DNA of 32,000 nucleotides, taken from the NCBI GenBank assembly GCA_002220235.1, contig FO082265.1, one strand, 5' to 3'. The notes under the pieces were generated by a model that worked only from the letters and a program-made list of their open reading frames with translations, was not told where the DNA came from and did not search any database. Source of the stretch: Bathycoccus prasinos (lineage: Eukaryota). The position numbers and the translations under genes were made by a program. This document shows positions 1-9,575 of this stretch, one piece after another (within the stretch, counting starts at the first letter, position 1; every line of letters starts with the position of its first letter).

Positions 1-1304
1 AATGGGAAACGAAGGATGGGTTTCATTCCCCAAACTATTGGGGAAGCCTTACACAATCTTCCACTTGCCAAATTGGTAAACTCAATGGACAAGATTATCA
101 TGTTCCTTTCAAGAATATTTTACCGATGGTTGAACCAAATGACTTACAAATTGATGGATGGGATATATCTTCGTTAAGTCTAGAAAAGTGTGTTCAACGC
201 GCCAGAGTTCTGGATCTAGATTTACAACAGCAGTTAGTACCATATCTAAAAGACTTGCGACCCCGTCCAAGTATATTTGATCCAGGCTTCGTTGCTGCAA
301 ATCAGAAAGAACGAGCAGATAATATTATAGAAGGGGAAAAGCAAAATCAGATGGAACAAATTAGAGCTGATATACGTGATTTTAAAGAGAAGAGTGGTGT
401 TGAAAAAGTAGTCGTGATGTGGACGGCAAACACTGAAAGATATTGTAAAGTTGAAGTCGGAATCCATGATACTGAGAAAAATTTGAGAGCTGCCATAAGA
501 GCTGGAAATCCTGAAATCAGTCCAAGTACGCTATATGCCCTTGCCTGCCTCGACGAGGACGTTCCATTTATAAATGGGAGCCCTCAGAATACATTTGTTC
601 CGGGTGTCCTCGAAGCTGCTTGCCGTTTGCGTGTCCTTATCGGAGGTGACGACTTCAAGACAGGTCAAACAAAAATGAAAAGTGTTCTGGTCGATTTTTT
701 AATAGGTGCTGGTATTAAGCCTTTGAGTATTGCTTCTTATAATCATTTAGGAAACAATGATGGTAAGAATCTAATGGAACCTGGAGTATTTCGGTCGAAA
801 GAAATTTCAAAATCGAATGTAGTAGATGATATTGTTGCCTCAAATCGAATATTGTACAAAGAAGGGGAAAGCCCAAATCATGTTGTTGTCATTAAGTATG
901 TTCCAAGTGTAGATGATAGTAAGCGTGCCATGGACGAGTATGTCAGTGAAATATTTATGAACGGCCGGAACACAATATCAATGCATAACACGTGTGAAGA
1001 TTCTCTTCTAGCAGCACCTCTTATCCTTGATCTCTGCTTGATAACTGAGTTGCTTTCTAGAATTGAACTTAAATATGACGATGAAGAGTCTTTTCGCAAT
1101 TTTCATCCATGCGCTGCGTTACTCTCATATTTAACAAAGTCCCCTTTAGTACCTCCAGGAATGTCAGTTACAAACGCTCTATACAAACAACGAGCAATGT
1201 TAGAAAATGTCTTTCGGGCTGTGGTTGGTCTTGCACCTGTCAGTCACATGAATTTGGATCTCCTCATTGAGCAAAGTAATCAGGCCATTTACTCGCCGAA
1301 ATAG
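1..1304 (+). CDS. INO1: myo-inositol-1-phosphate synthase (MIPS), 5' end cut by window edge
   Basis: Frame 3 is open from nt 3 ([21 protein letters not shown]..) into the listed ORF 126..1304. Hallmark MIPS blocks are present: [71 protein letters not shown]. Stop TAG at 1302-1304. No intron is needed. Confidence 0.95.
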   Translation, partial: WETKDGFHSPNYWGSLTQSSTCQIGKLNGQDYHVPFKNILPMVEPNDLQIDGWDISSLSLEKCVQRARVLDLDLQQQLVPYLKDLRPRPSIFDPGFVAANQKERADNIIEGEKQNQMEQIRADIRDFKEKSGVEKVVVMWTANTERYCKVEVGIHDTEKNLRAAIRAGNPEISPSTLYALACLDEDVPFINGSPQNTFVPGVLEAACRLRVLIGGDDFKTGQTKMKSVLVDFLIGAGIKPLSIASYNHLGNNDGKNLMEPGVFRSKEISKSNVVDDIVASNRILYKEGESPNHVVVIKYVPSVDDSKRAMDEYVSEIFMNGRNTISMHNTCEDSLLAAPLILDLCLITELLSRIELKYDDEESFRNFHPCAALLSYLTKSPLVPPGMSVTNALYKQRAMLENVFRAVVGLAPVSHMNLDLLIEQSNQAIYSPK

Positions 1305-1383
1305 TGTTTTGTATCGGGGTCATCTATCAAAGCGCTTTGACATATAATTATTAAAAGGAGAGAAATACTAAAAATATCCCTAA

Positions 1384-2442
1384 TTACAAATTTATTTTAG
1401 AACAAGCTGCATGAATTTCATCTCTTGTCAACATGCGAATTATGACGTTTTGTGAATATAAATCCTTGTTTATTTCAAGCATCTCAATATTTTCAGGCAT
1501 AAGTTGTGTTTTGTCCATGCTTTTTCTCAAAATTTTCAAGATGAGCTCTCGTCCCTCTTCACATTTCAGAGTTTCAACATACTCTGATTTTAGGAGAGCA
1601 TGTGCACTTTGAGCATTATTACCTATCGCAGTTGCCTGATATAGAGGAATAAATATAATATAAATTTGACACATATCTCCTTTGATTCATTAGTGTCTCA
1701 CCTTCCACGCTGTGTAGTTACCAGCAGGGTCACTCTGATAAAGTTGGAATCCGAACTCTTTATCCCTAATGATAATAACTTCACATTTCGCAGATGTCAT
1801 GTAAATAAAATACTAACCAGCCACCGATCAGAAAGGAAACCCCGTAAGGCCTCAGGCCTCCGAATTGAGTATATCCTTGTTTTTGATCACAAACTGCCTG
1901 TACAAGCTGTTCCACTGGTATTGGCTCACCATACGTAAATAAATGTCGTTGTGCAACAACTCTAGAGTAGAAATTTTAGAACCGGACCTCGAAACTTATA
2001 TAGATGAGCTCACCTTGCGTAGTTCACAAGAATATTTGCATCCGAGCTGATTCCAGCAACAGCTACAGCAATATGCTCATTTATATAATATGTTTTCTCC
2101 TTTTCACTGCTTTCTAGGAGCTTTAAAGAACAAAGATTTATCGAAGTAAATGGGTTGCTTTATGCAAATTTGAACCTTGGATAAAATTCTCCTTTCTGCA
2201 GCTATAGTAACTCCAGAACGTGTTTTCATTCCAACTGCCGCACCTGCCTGGCTGATGGCTTCCATTGCATATTCAACCTTTTCATTAAATATAATAATTC
2301 ATAAATTTGATCTGTAGTTATATTAGTCACTTGAAATAATCTTCCTTCTGGGCTAAAAGTAGTCGTTCGGGAATCATATCTACATAACAACAAATAGTTG
2401 TGAATTCTAAATCACGGTTAGAACAACTCACCTTTTCGCCAT
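1384..2442 (-). CDS. PSMA4: 20S proteasome subunit alpha type-4 (alpha3 position), 7 exons, 242 aa
   Basis: Exons (genomic): 1384..1635, 1702..1765, 1818..1961, 2014..2120, 2176..2277, 2331..2379, 2432..2442. The sum is 729 nt, in frame. All six introns are GT-AG and 52-66 nt. Spliced product: [20 protein letters not shown]|[21 protein letters not shown]|[35 protein letters not shown]|[40 protein letters not shown]|[21 protein letters not shown]|[11 protein letters not shown]. This is collinear with my memory of PSMA4 ([57 protein letters not shown]). Confidence 0.93.
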
Positions 2443-2874
2443 TTTACCGCGTAGTGATCGGTTTCTTAAAGCAATTCAACACCCCCCAACTCCAATTTGT
2501 TTTAAAAGAAATGGACGAATGTGGAGTTTTTTTCAGGTGTGTGTGGGGGTCCCCCGGCCAAAAAATTCCAAAATTCCATAAACAAATAAATGATAAAAAA
2601 CAACTTCAACTTTTTTTTCCTTTTTTCACTCGGGTCTTTTCAACTTTTCTCTTTTTGCTCTTTTTGTGATACTCTTTTCCTTGGTTCTTTAGCCAGTGAG
2701 CTGCACAGTAGGTATGTATATACTCTTCTTTTCACGAACTTTTTGAATTAATAAGGCAGAAACGATAGTTTATTAGTTTTCAAGCTAGAAGTGCAGGAAT
2801 ATACCTCATCTACGTATCGACAATTTTTCGCTTTGACGAGACAAATTCTACACTAACATAAATCTCGAAATTAC

Positions 2875-2906
2875 TTTCTTTTTAAACAGACCTGTTTAAA
2901 AAGAAA
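2875..2906. repeat. near-perfect 32-bp palindrome (15-bp arms, 2-nt spacer)
   Basis: tttctttttaaacag-ac-ctgtttaaaaagaaa. Left arm 2875..2889 is the exact reverse complement of right arm 2892..2906. Confidence 0.9.
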
Positions 2907-3126
2907 CCCTCATAAAAAGGCCTCATAGTGCAAGTACTTTCGTACTTTCGCTGTCGCAAGATCAAGATATAAACTTCGTTTAAAATCGTGATATCGTGAA
3001 TCGTTCTTCTAGGTTTGAGAATTCCTCGTTAAACATTAAAACTATGGCAAGACAACAGTTCATGCTGGTGCAACCTTTCACCAAAGAATACGTTTCCGAG
3101 TCCTTAAGGGGGTGTAATCATATTTA

Positions 3127-3144
3127 GTTTGTGTTTGTGTTTGT
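3127..3144 (+). repeat. (GTTTGT)x3 microsatellite in the presumed 5' leader of the DEAD-box gene
   Basis: gtttgtgtttgtgtttgt is read directly, about 24 nt upstream of the ATG at 3168. Confidence 0.85.
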
Positions 3145-3167
3145 GAAATCTTAAAGCAAGTATTGAA

Positions 3168-4430
3168 ATGTCAGATGAAGAACTTAGTATTAGAACTTTT
3201 TGTTCTCTGGGCATAAAAAAATGGCTAGCCGAGAATGCGTTCAAGCTTGGATTGTGTGAAGCTACAACTGTTCAGAAAGCATGCATACCCCCTATTCTTA
3301 AGGGCTTAGATGTTATAGGAACATCTCAGACCGGTAGTGGAAAGACAGCAACATTTGCTCTTCCAATATTGCACATACTCTCGCAGGATTCTTATGGTAT
3401 ATTTGCATTATGCATGACCCCAACTCGTGAGCTTGCAGTTCAAATTTCTGAGCAATTCAGTGCTCTTTCAGCAGGTTTAACATTAAGATGCCAGGTAATA
3501 ACTGGTGGAGAAGAAATCCAGGCTCAAACCAGATCGATTTTAAGACGACCTCATATTATAGTTGCCACTCCTGGTCGTTTGATGGATCACTTTTTAAACA
3601 GTCCTCAAGTTATTGGGTGTTTTCAAAATCTGAGATTTCTAGTCCTTGACGAAGCAGACCGTCTTCTAGAACCTTCTTTTGAATCAGAATTGCGGATTTT
3701 GTTCGAAAATATTCCTTCTAAACGCCAAACACTCTTATTTTCTGCAAGCATCACTCGTAATATTGCAGCATTACAGCATATCACCATGAATGATGCTTTT
3801 CATTTTGAGGCATTTGAAGGTTTGAAAGCTGTGAGCAGCTGTAGGCAAGAATACTGTTTTCTTCCAAGAGTAATGAGAGATGCATACTTACTTCATATAT
3901 TACAACAGAGGGAAAATTGGGATATCCGAAGTTCTATAATTTTTACAAGTACAGTGCGTTCTTGCATGATATTATCTGGTATTCTTGATAAACTTGGAAT
4001 CGTTACAGTGAGTCTACACTCGATGAAGAAACAAAAGGAGCGCAAAGATTCGTTTGCAAGATTTAAATCCGGTGAAGTAAGTATTCTGCTTGCTACCGAT
4101 ATCGCTTCCCGCGGTCTTGACATTCCAACCGTTGATATGGTGATAAATTATGAAGTACCCATCGCGTCAAAAGATTATATACATAGGATAGGCCGAACAG
4201 CAAGAGCTGGTCGAAGTGGACGTTCTATTACCTTAGTTACCCAACACGACGTAAAAATTGTACAAAAAATTGAAGATGCGATCGACTCAAAGATGAGATG
4301 CTTATCTCTTCCAGAAGAAGAAATAGTGAAAAACATGAATAGCGTGGGAAGTGCAAGGCGGAGTGTGAAAATCTCCTTACTTGAAAGAACTGGATTTGGT
4401 GAAAAAGTTAACAAAAATCATATGAAATAA
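3168..4430 (+). CDS. DDX49: DEAD-box ATP-dependent RNA helicase, DDX49/Dbp8-like (nucleolar ribosome-biogenesis type), 420 aa, intronless
   Basis: Uninterrupted ATG..TAA ORF. Motifs found: Q-motif region FCSLGIKKWL..ATTVQKACIPPIL, motif I SQTGSGKT, Ia TPTRELA, II VLDEADRLL, III SAS (variant of SAT), VI HRIGRTARAGRSG. The segment LSQDSYGIFALCMTPTRELAVQISEQF resembles the Dbp8/DDX49 signature (PYGIFAL.LTPTRELA.QI.EQF). Subfamily call is from memory. DDX47/Rrp3 is the alternative. Confidence 0.8.
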   Translation: MSDEELSIRTFCSLGIKKWLAENAFKLGLCEATTVQKACIPPILKGLDVIGTSQTGSGKTATFALPILHILSQDSYGIFALCMTPTRELAVQISEQFSALSAGLTLRCQVITGGEEIQAQTRSILRRPHIIVATPGRLMDHFLNSPQVIGCFQNLRFLVLDEADRLLEPSFESELRILFENIPSKRQTLLFSASITRNIAALQHITMNDAFHFEAFEGLKAVSSCRQEYCFLPRVMRDAYLLHILQQRENWDIRSSIIFTSTVRSCMILSGILDKLGIVTVSLHSMKKQKERKDSFARFKSGEVSILLATDIASRGLDIPTVDMVINYEVPIASKDYIHRIGRTARAGRSGRSITLVTQHDVKIVQKIEDAIDSKMRCLSLPEEEIVKNMNSVGSARRSVKISLLERTGFGEKVNKNHMK

Positions 4431-4521
4431 AATTAGAGAATTGTCAAGAAGAACCAAAATTTGATTTAATTTTTTCCCCGGATGTAAGTGATTGTCTACC
4501 GAACATGAAACAAGAGCATCT

Positions 4522-5337
4522 TTAATTATGCCTCCCTCGACCTGAACTTCGCCCTCTGCCTGCTCCTCGTCCACCTCGTCCACCTCGTACACCGCTGAAT
4601 CTCGCACCATTTCTTCCTCCTCCTCCTCCTCCTCCTCGTCTCGGCGCGGAAGTAACTCTTTTATGCCTGCGTAAACAAAACGATGTAAATTCAAATTAAG
4701 GTAGCTGAGAGTTTAGCTTACTTATCATTTTGTTGAAATCTTTGTAAGGGAATTAGTTTGTCTGGACTGATATGAAATTTTTGACCTTTTGAATTTGAGA
4801 GGAAGTGATCAGGTTATGAGTGAGAGAATTACCCTGAATATTAATTAAAGGAAAGAATATTTACCTAATTTGAAGGACTCTGCATTAATGCCATCGCAAA
4901 GTTTGATTGTGAATAACTGGATAAAGCGAAATCATTTCAAGTACATATACAAATTAGAAGACTTACTGAATTATCAATTGGGCCAAATATCTCTTCTACC
5001 TTTCCGACTTTACTTTTATTCTCCAGAAATATGGTCCCGTTAAAATATGGTATCTCAAAGGCACGTTTCAAATTGAATTTCGCACTGAAAAGTAATCCAT
5101 GCATACCTTTGGATTCGTTAGCTTGCATATGATTTCTCCTTCACACGCATGCGAATAGGAACCGATTTCTGAAGCAACGACTTTTTAAAGCGATAAAAAC
5201 AAGCATAAATGAAAGTTACCGACTAGCTCATCGGGGATGGCTTCTTCACGACCAGACGCACCACGACCAAACCCACGTCCTGAAGCGCCACGACCAGAAA
5301 ACCCTCTACCGCGCGAAGTTGGTGTCGGCTGTCGCAT
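4522..5337 (-). CDS. GAR1: H/ACA snoRNP protein GAR1, 6 exons, 175 aa
   Basis: Exons: 4522..4666, 4722..4785, 4865..4916, 4967..5053, 5107..5168, 5220..5337 (528 nt in frame). Introns are 55, 79, 50, 53 and 51 nt. Product: [39 protein letters not shown]|[21 protein letters not shown]|[29 protein letters not shown]|[17 protein letters not shown]|[22 protein letters not shown]|[47 protein letters not shown]. The core aligns without gaps to GAR1 (..[24 protein letters not shown].., KFYIDPYKLLPLQRFLP) and is flanked by RGG/GAR domains. The track ORF 4377..4694 is the wrong frame of the C-terminal GAR domain. Confidence 0.92.
4615..4635 (-). repeat. (TCC)x7 on + strand = (GGA)x7, encoding the Gly7 run in the GAR1 C-terminal GAR domain
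   Basis: Read directly. It lies inside the last GAR1 exon. Confidence 0.9.
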
Positions 5338-5836
5338 AGTTCGTGAGGAATTAGGTCAAACTGTAAAAAAAAGGAGTGTCTTTTCTTTTTTAATTTACGT
5401 CTACCGTAGACTTCTATATATGATCATGATGAGTAACTACCGTATGATCATAAATTCTTGTGTTTTGTTTTCCTGCGTTCTTTTTTTTATTTTTTCAATT
5501 TTTTTGTCCTCATCAGCTGTCACCATTAATGGGTGATTTTTTTTGTCTCACTGTCTGTCCTCGGGGAAAGTGGTATAGTTTGAAAGTTTCGCATTTTCCG
5601 ACTTCGCTGAATAATTTGAACTGTGCTTTTGCATATTCGGACACGGGACTTTTGCCTGGTAACAACTGTGTTCTTTGTAGTATGAGGTTTGGTAACAAAT
5701 ATTTTCCACTTGAATTCTAGTATTATCAACGACACATCTGCTCGTTGAATGAAAATAGCTATTTGTGACAACTTTGGACAAAAGAATAATAAAAAATGGT
5801 TTGAGCGGAGCCGAAAGTCTAAAAATTCCTAATAAC
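5338..5836. promoter_or_regulatory. head-to-head intergenic region (499 bp), presumed bidirectional promoter GAR1 / RFC1
   Basis: Lies between the divergent ATGs at 5337 (-) and 5837 (+). Long T-runs at 5470-5500. Contains a paired palindromic motif TATGATCAT. Confidence 0.5.
5419..5452. repeat. two copies of the palindromic motif TATGATCAT, 24 bp apart
   Basis: tatgatcat is at 5419..5427 and again at 5443..5451 (the second extends to the 10-bp palindrome tatgatcata). The core ATGATCAT is self-complementary. Confidence 0.8.
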
Positions 5837-7423
5837 ATGGTTAAGTCTGACAGGACAACTTTGAAGTGTTTTGAAGATAAACAAAGCGAATCAAAGCAAC
5901 TATGGGCTGATAAGTATAAGCCAACTCGAATCTCAGAGCTGATCGGGAATGGTAGGTGCGTAGCCGATCTGCGGCGATGGCTTCTTGAGTGGCAAAATAA
6001 ACAAGGAAATAAAGAGAAGAAAAACAAGTGTAAAGCCGTGCTGATTAGTGGTCCTCCAGGTATAGGCAAGACTTCTTCCGCTATTATAGTTTGCACGCAA
6101 CTTGGTTTTAGTGTCATGGAAGTAAACGCAAGCGATTCAAGAAATAAAGCCTCAAAGGATGTTCAAACAGGTTTATCTGGTTCAACTTCAAACCAAGTCA
6201 AAGAATTGGTCACTAATCGGGGTCTCAATTTTTTGAAAACAACGATTCATAAAAATCAAGTATTAATAATGGATGAAGTCGATGGAATGAGTGCAGGCGA
6301 TCGTGGTGGAATATCTGACCTCATTGATACGATAAAACGCTCGAAAATTCCAATAATTTGTATCTGTAACGATCGTTATTCACAAAAGTTAAAGGCTTTG
6401 CAAAATCACTGTTTTGAACTCAACTTTCAGCGACCTACAAAGCAACAAATACATGGACGCTTGTCCCTCATTATGAAAGAAGAAAATTTTCACATGCAAT
6501 CTAATGAGTTGGATACTGTAATTGAGTCATGTAATGGAGATATTCGACTGATTCTCAATCAGCTTCAATTGAGAAAGCTAAGAACAGGTTCACTCTCAAT
6601 TTCTGGTGGAAAGCAACTGAAAGATATTAATTTGGGAGTACTTTCAATTGTAGATGTACTTATGGGATATGGTGCTTCAAGCCAAACCATTGACCGTCGT
6701 ATAGCATTATGTTTCAACGAGCCTGATTTAGTTCCATTGTATATACAGGAAAACTTTCCCCAAATGAGGCCAACACACTGTTGCTCGGATCTTCAAAGGC
6801 TCATATTTTTAGGTGCAGCTTCCTGTGCGTTATCTGATGGTGACTTGGTCTATTCGCTGGTTCGATCAAAACAACTTTGGGAGCTTGCATCTTGCAGTAA
6901 TCTCTTAGCGTGCATTATTCCTTCTTCAATCGTATCTGGAGTTCGTGAGACTTTCAACTTATTTCCAGGTGAACGTAATTTTCACCGATTTCCTGCTTGG
7001 CTCGGTAAGAATTCTTCAAGTTCTAAAATGCGGCGTCTACTGAATGAAATGCATGGTCATATGATAAGTAAAGGAGCACTTAAATCCAGCTCTAATGTAC
7101 TCAGACAACATTATATTCCTTTACTTCGATCATATACAACGATACCACTTCTTTCAAAACATGTTGGGGGCTTGAACAATCGTGGAATACAAGATGCAGT
7201 GCGCTTTATGAGAGTATATGGAATTACAAGAGTTGACTGGGATTCATTGAATGAACTCCGTAAATTTAGTGGAAAAGGTCCCGCTTTTGAAGACAGTATT
7301 CAAATATCAGCATCAACCAAATCTTCCTTCACGCGTGAATGTAATAAGATCTTGGATCAGGTTCCTACAAAGCATGAACTAAAATTGCAGGATGGTTATT
7401 CAAGTGATGGGAATCAAGAATAA
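5837..7423 (+). CDS. RFC1: replication factor C large subunit (RFC1), short form of 528 aa lacking the N-terminal BRCT region, intronless
   Basis: The track ORF starts at a GTG (5765). The first in-frame ATG is 5837. RFC1-specific blocks: LWADKYKPTRISELIGN, LISGPPGIGKTSSA (Walker A), MEVNASDSRNK, LIMDEVDGMSAGDRGGISDLIDTIKRSKIPIICICNDRYSQKLKAL, FQRPTKQQI, CNGDIRLILNQLQL. Only about 40 aa precede the LW.DKYKP box. Confidence 0.88.
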   Translation: MVKSDRTTLKCFEDKQSESKQLWADKYKPTRISELIGNGRCVADLRRWLLEWQNKQGNKEKKNKCKAVLISGPPGIGKTSSAIIVCTQLGFSVMEVNASDSRNKASKDVQTGLSGSTSNQVKELVTNRGLNFLKTTIHKNQVLIMDEVDGMSAGDRGGISDLIDTIKRSKIPIICICNDRYSQKLKALQNHCFELNFQRPTKQQIHGRLSLIMKEENFHMQSNELDTVIESCNGDIRLILNQLQLRKLRTGSLSISGGKQLKDINLGVLSIVDVLMGYGASSQTIDRRIALCFNEPDLVPLYIQENFPQMRPTHCCSDLQRLIFLGAASCALSDGDLVYSLVRSKQLWELASCSNLLACIIPSSIVSGVRETFNLFPGERNFHRFPAWLGKNSSSSKMRRLLNEMHGHMISKGALKSSSNVLRQHYIPLLRSYTTIPLLSKHVGGLNNRGIQDAVRFMRVYGITRVDWDSLNELRKFSGKGPAFEDSIQISASTKSSFTRECNKILDQVPTKHELKLQDGYSSDGNQE

Positions 7424-7505
7424 GACAGAAAACAAAGTGTTGAAATATGTTTTAGGACCCGTTTCAATATCCAAGCCTGTAGACAAAATATATTAAATTT
7501 ACGCT

Positions 7506-9575
7506 CTATTGCGCTAGTCGATTTTGAATAGATTGCTTGTGACTCATGATGTTATCCAGAGCTGTAAGAATTTGGTGTTGTACTTTTGTCTTCTCGCTTG
7601 AGCATGATAATTTGAGGTCCATATAAAGCACCTTCAGAAATGCATAAGCAATAAGAACACTTTGGTTTCCCACGTTTTACCTGTAGTGATTTTACTTGTT
7701 TTTCCGAGATACTCAAGTCTTTTGAAAGAAGTTTTCGTAGTGAAACAATCTGAAAAAGAAGTTTCAAGTTTGCAACAAAAAGAGCAATGTAAAAAGCTGT
7801 GAAAAATTACCTCGTTCTCAGAATTTTTAGCAGTATTTGTGATGGAATCGACAACTTGCTCCACTCGTAATCTTTCGTTTTCGCATTGTTGTTCTTTGGA
7901 ACGAATGTTATGTTGAATGGAGTATACTGTCTCTTTTCTGTACTCAAAAGTTAAGTAATGCTTGGTGAAATTTCAAAGGTGTACTTCTGAGAGATACTTT
8001 CTTTCAACATTTTATAATTTTCTTGAGTCGTAAGAGCTTCATTTTCAAGTCCTCTGTCAAAGATTAAGAAATATCTTGAAATCCAAGGCGATCTCTCACC
8101 TTATAGAATATGAAATATTTTTCAAAGTTTCGTGCAATAATAAAAGCATGTTACTCAACCCACTTTCAGCCTGTTAAAATATGATAAATGTACTATTTTC
8201 TGAAAAAATTGAACGTCCTACCCGAATTTTAGTACTCACTGAAAGGTCCTTGAGATTTCGTGTGAGCGGCCGTTGAAATTTAATATTAGCGGCAACGTTG
8301 CATCTGGGAACTTTCAACAATAAAATATTGTATCTACTGATCTGATCATCAATAGTTAAATCTATGTTTCTTTTGTCGTGCATCTCTTCAATTTCTACTG
8401 AGAGTTCAGATTCTTTCCCATGATATGCATTGATTAACTTTTGAACTTCAATCATCTGAGAATAAAAATCAGCAAACATATGAAAAATACTTTCTGAATA
8501 CCTTTAATTCTTGATCTGTTCTTTCTACATGAACATTAATTCTTGTAAAATTTTCAGAGGCACGTGTTGATAACTTAATCTAAATAGTACATGTTAGAGT
8601 TATTTTTTACGTCTCAAATCTAAGAGTCCTTTCTACCTTCGTAGCTTTGCATGCTCGTTCGCTTCTAATTCGCAGGGTACCTATGTACGATAATTTTTCT
8701 GCGTTAGCCAAAATCTTGTTACTAAGAGTTGTTTTAGTAGACTCAAAAGATTTCTACAATGTAATACTCAAATCAAAGCCCAATCAAAGCTAGATAAATC
8801 CGGTATACCTTTGATGAATGCAACAACTTAGACTGAGGAACCAAGCTAGATATATGACTACGCAATTTTTGGTTATCCTAAAAGAACTCAGCTAAATCTT
8901 TTGGCAAATTATCCAATAAAAAGGTTACCTGTAAAATCTGCTCAACGTTCTTACGCATTGAGGCAAATTTCATGGAATAATTTGATCCAATACGATTGCA
9001 TATTTCTGATGTGAAACCGGAACTTTCATCGCCAGACAAAAAAGTCTGAATTGTTGAGCTTTTTATTATTAATGAAAAATAGAATGTAACTTTGCCTACC
9101 TCATATAGTTCAATGCTACTTGTATTGAATTCACCGTTAAACTCCTACAATTTACAATTAATTCTGTACAATCAAATTTAAAAAAGTGTGCCTTATCTCT
9201 GCTCTGACACAGTGATACATAATCGCAAAGCTCTACCACCCAACTACTTATAACTGTTTGGAAAGGAGAAATACTTTTATCCACGAAAGGAAAAAAAGTA
9301 TCCTTCGGAATTATGACAGGATAATTCAAGGATTTCAATATAAGCGGTAAATCTTCATCGGCTTTTTGACCAAACTTCAAATTTTGATCTAGTTGGTTCA
9401 GTAGAAAGTGAAACACGGCAATTGCACTTTTGAAGGAATAACTTCCGAAAGAATCTAACGAGTTGATTGTGCACCCTCTCTTTTTCAAAAAAGAACTAAA
9501 TTTCCCCTTGCTGATGTCCAAATAATCCTCATCGTAGATAGGACGGGGATCAGAAATCCGCTTAGTAGCCCGCAT
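7506..9575 (-). CDS. NDC80: kinetochore protein NDC80/HEC1, 11 exons, 515 aa
   Basis: Exons: 7506..7631, 7681..7749, 7811..7937, 7985..8053, 8100..8170, 8240..8455, 8502..8579, 8637..8753, 8809..8877, 8929..9058, 9100..9575 (1548 nt in frame). Ten GT-AG introns are 41-69 nt. The N-terminal CH-domain matches the NDC80 pattern: ISDPRPIYDEDY..FLKKRG..SFKSAIAVFHFLLNQLDQNLKF..EDLPLILKSLNYPV..SSWVVELCDY. After intron 1, VALNYMSSTIQTFLSGDES aligns gap-free with human LFLDYTIKCYESFMSGADS. The remainder is heptad-rich coiled coil. Internal coiled-coil splice sites are less certain than the ends. Confidence 0.78.

Larger units (their letters stand above)
2443..3167. promoter_or_regulatory. head-to-head intergenic region (725 bp), presumed bidirectional promoter for PSMA4 and the DEAD-box gene
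   Basis: Lies between two divergently oriented start codons (2442 on -, 3168 on +). No convincing coding frame. Contains a 32-bp palindrome and a G/C-rich patch (gtgtgtgtgggggtcccccggcc, about 2535-2558). Confidence 0.5.

Noticed and set aside
1666-1938. 90-aa + strand ORF, and ORF 2400..2669 (+)
   Set aside because: The first is antisense to PSMA4 exons and introns. The second starts at GTG, spans the PSMA4 first exon and promoter, and is low-complexity (T-rich).
2560-2590. Recurrent AAATTCC / GAATTCCTCGT-like strings in several shared promoters (2566, 3021, 5821, 10057, 19133, 25366, 31393), and GGGGGAT at 19077, 28012 and 29525
   Set aside because: These are short motifs whose expected count in 64 kb of two-strand AT-rich sequence is of the same order as observed. 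One GGGGGAT copy is intronic and another lies in GT29 coding sequence. This needs genome-wide statistics before any claim.
4377-4694. Track ORF encoding an acidic protein (..[32 protein letters not shown]..)
   Set aside because: It is the wrong frame of the GAR1 C-terminal exon. The adjacent frame reads [37 protein letters not shown], joins by a canonical 55-nt intron to the conserved GAR1 core, and ends at TAA 4522-4524.
5181-5219. Alternative 39-nt first intron for GAR1 (acceptor ..aaaaag), and alternative 54-nt first intron for NDC80 (acceptor ..attcag)
   Set aside because: For GAR1, the 51-nt version (5169..5219) gives a gap-free alignment to the GAR1 core ([18 protein letters not shown] versus PPERVVLLGEFLHPCEDD). 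For NDC80, the 54-nt version is out of frame, whereas the 41-nt version (9059..9099) preserves the LNY..(7 aa)..FLSG spacing seen in human NDC80.
5237-5536. Track ORF on + strand ([20 protein letters not shown]..) and ORF 5548..6117 on - strand (189 aa)
   Set aside because: The first is the antisense reading of the GAR1 N-terminal RGG exon. The second is antisense to the RFC1 5' coding region. Both are low-complexity with no family resemblance.
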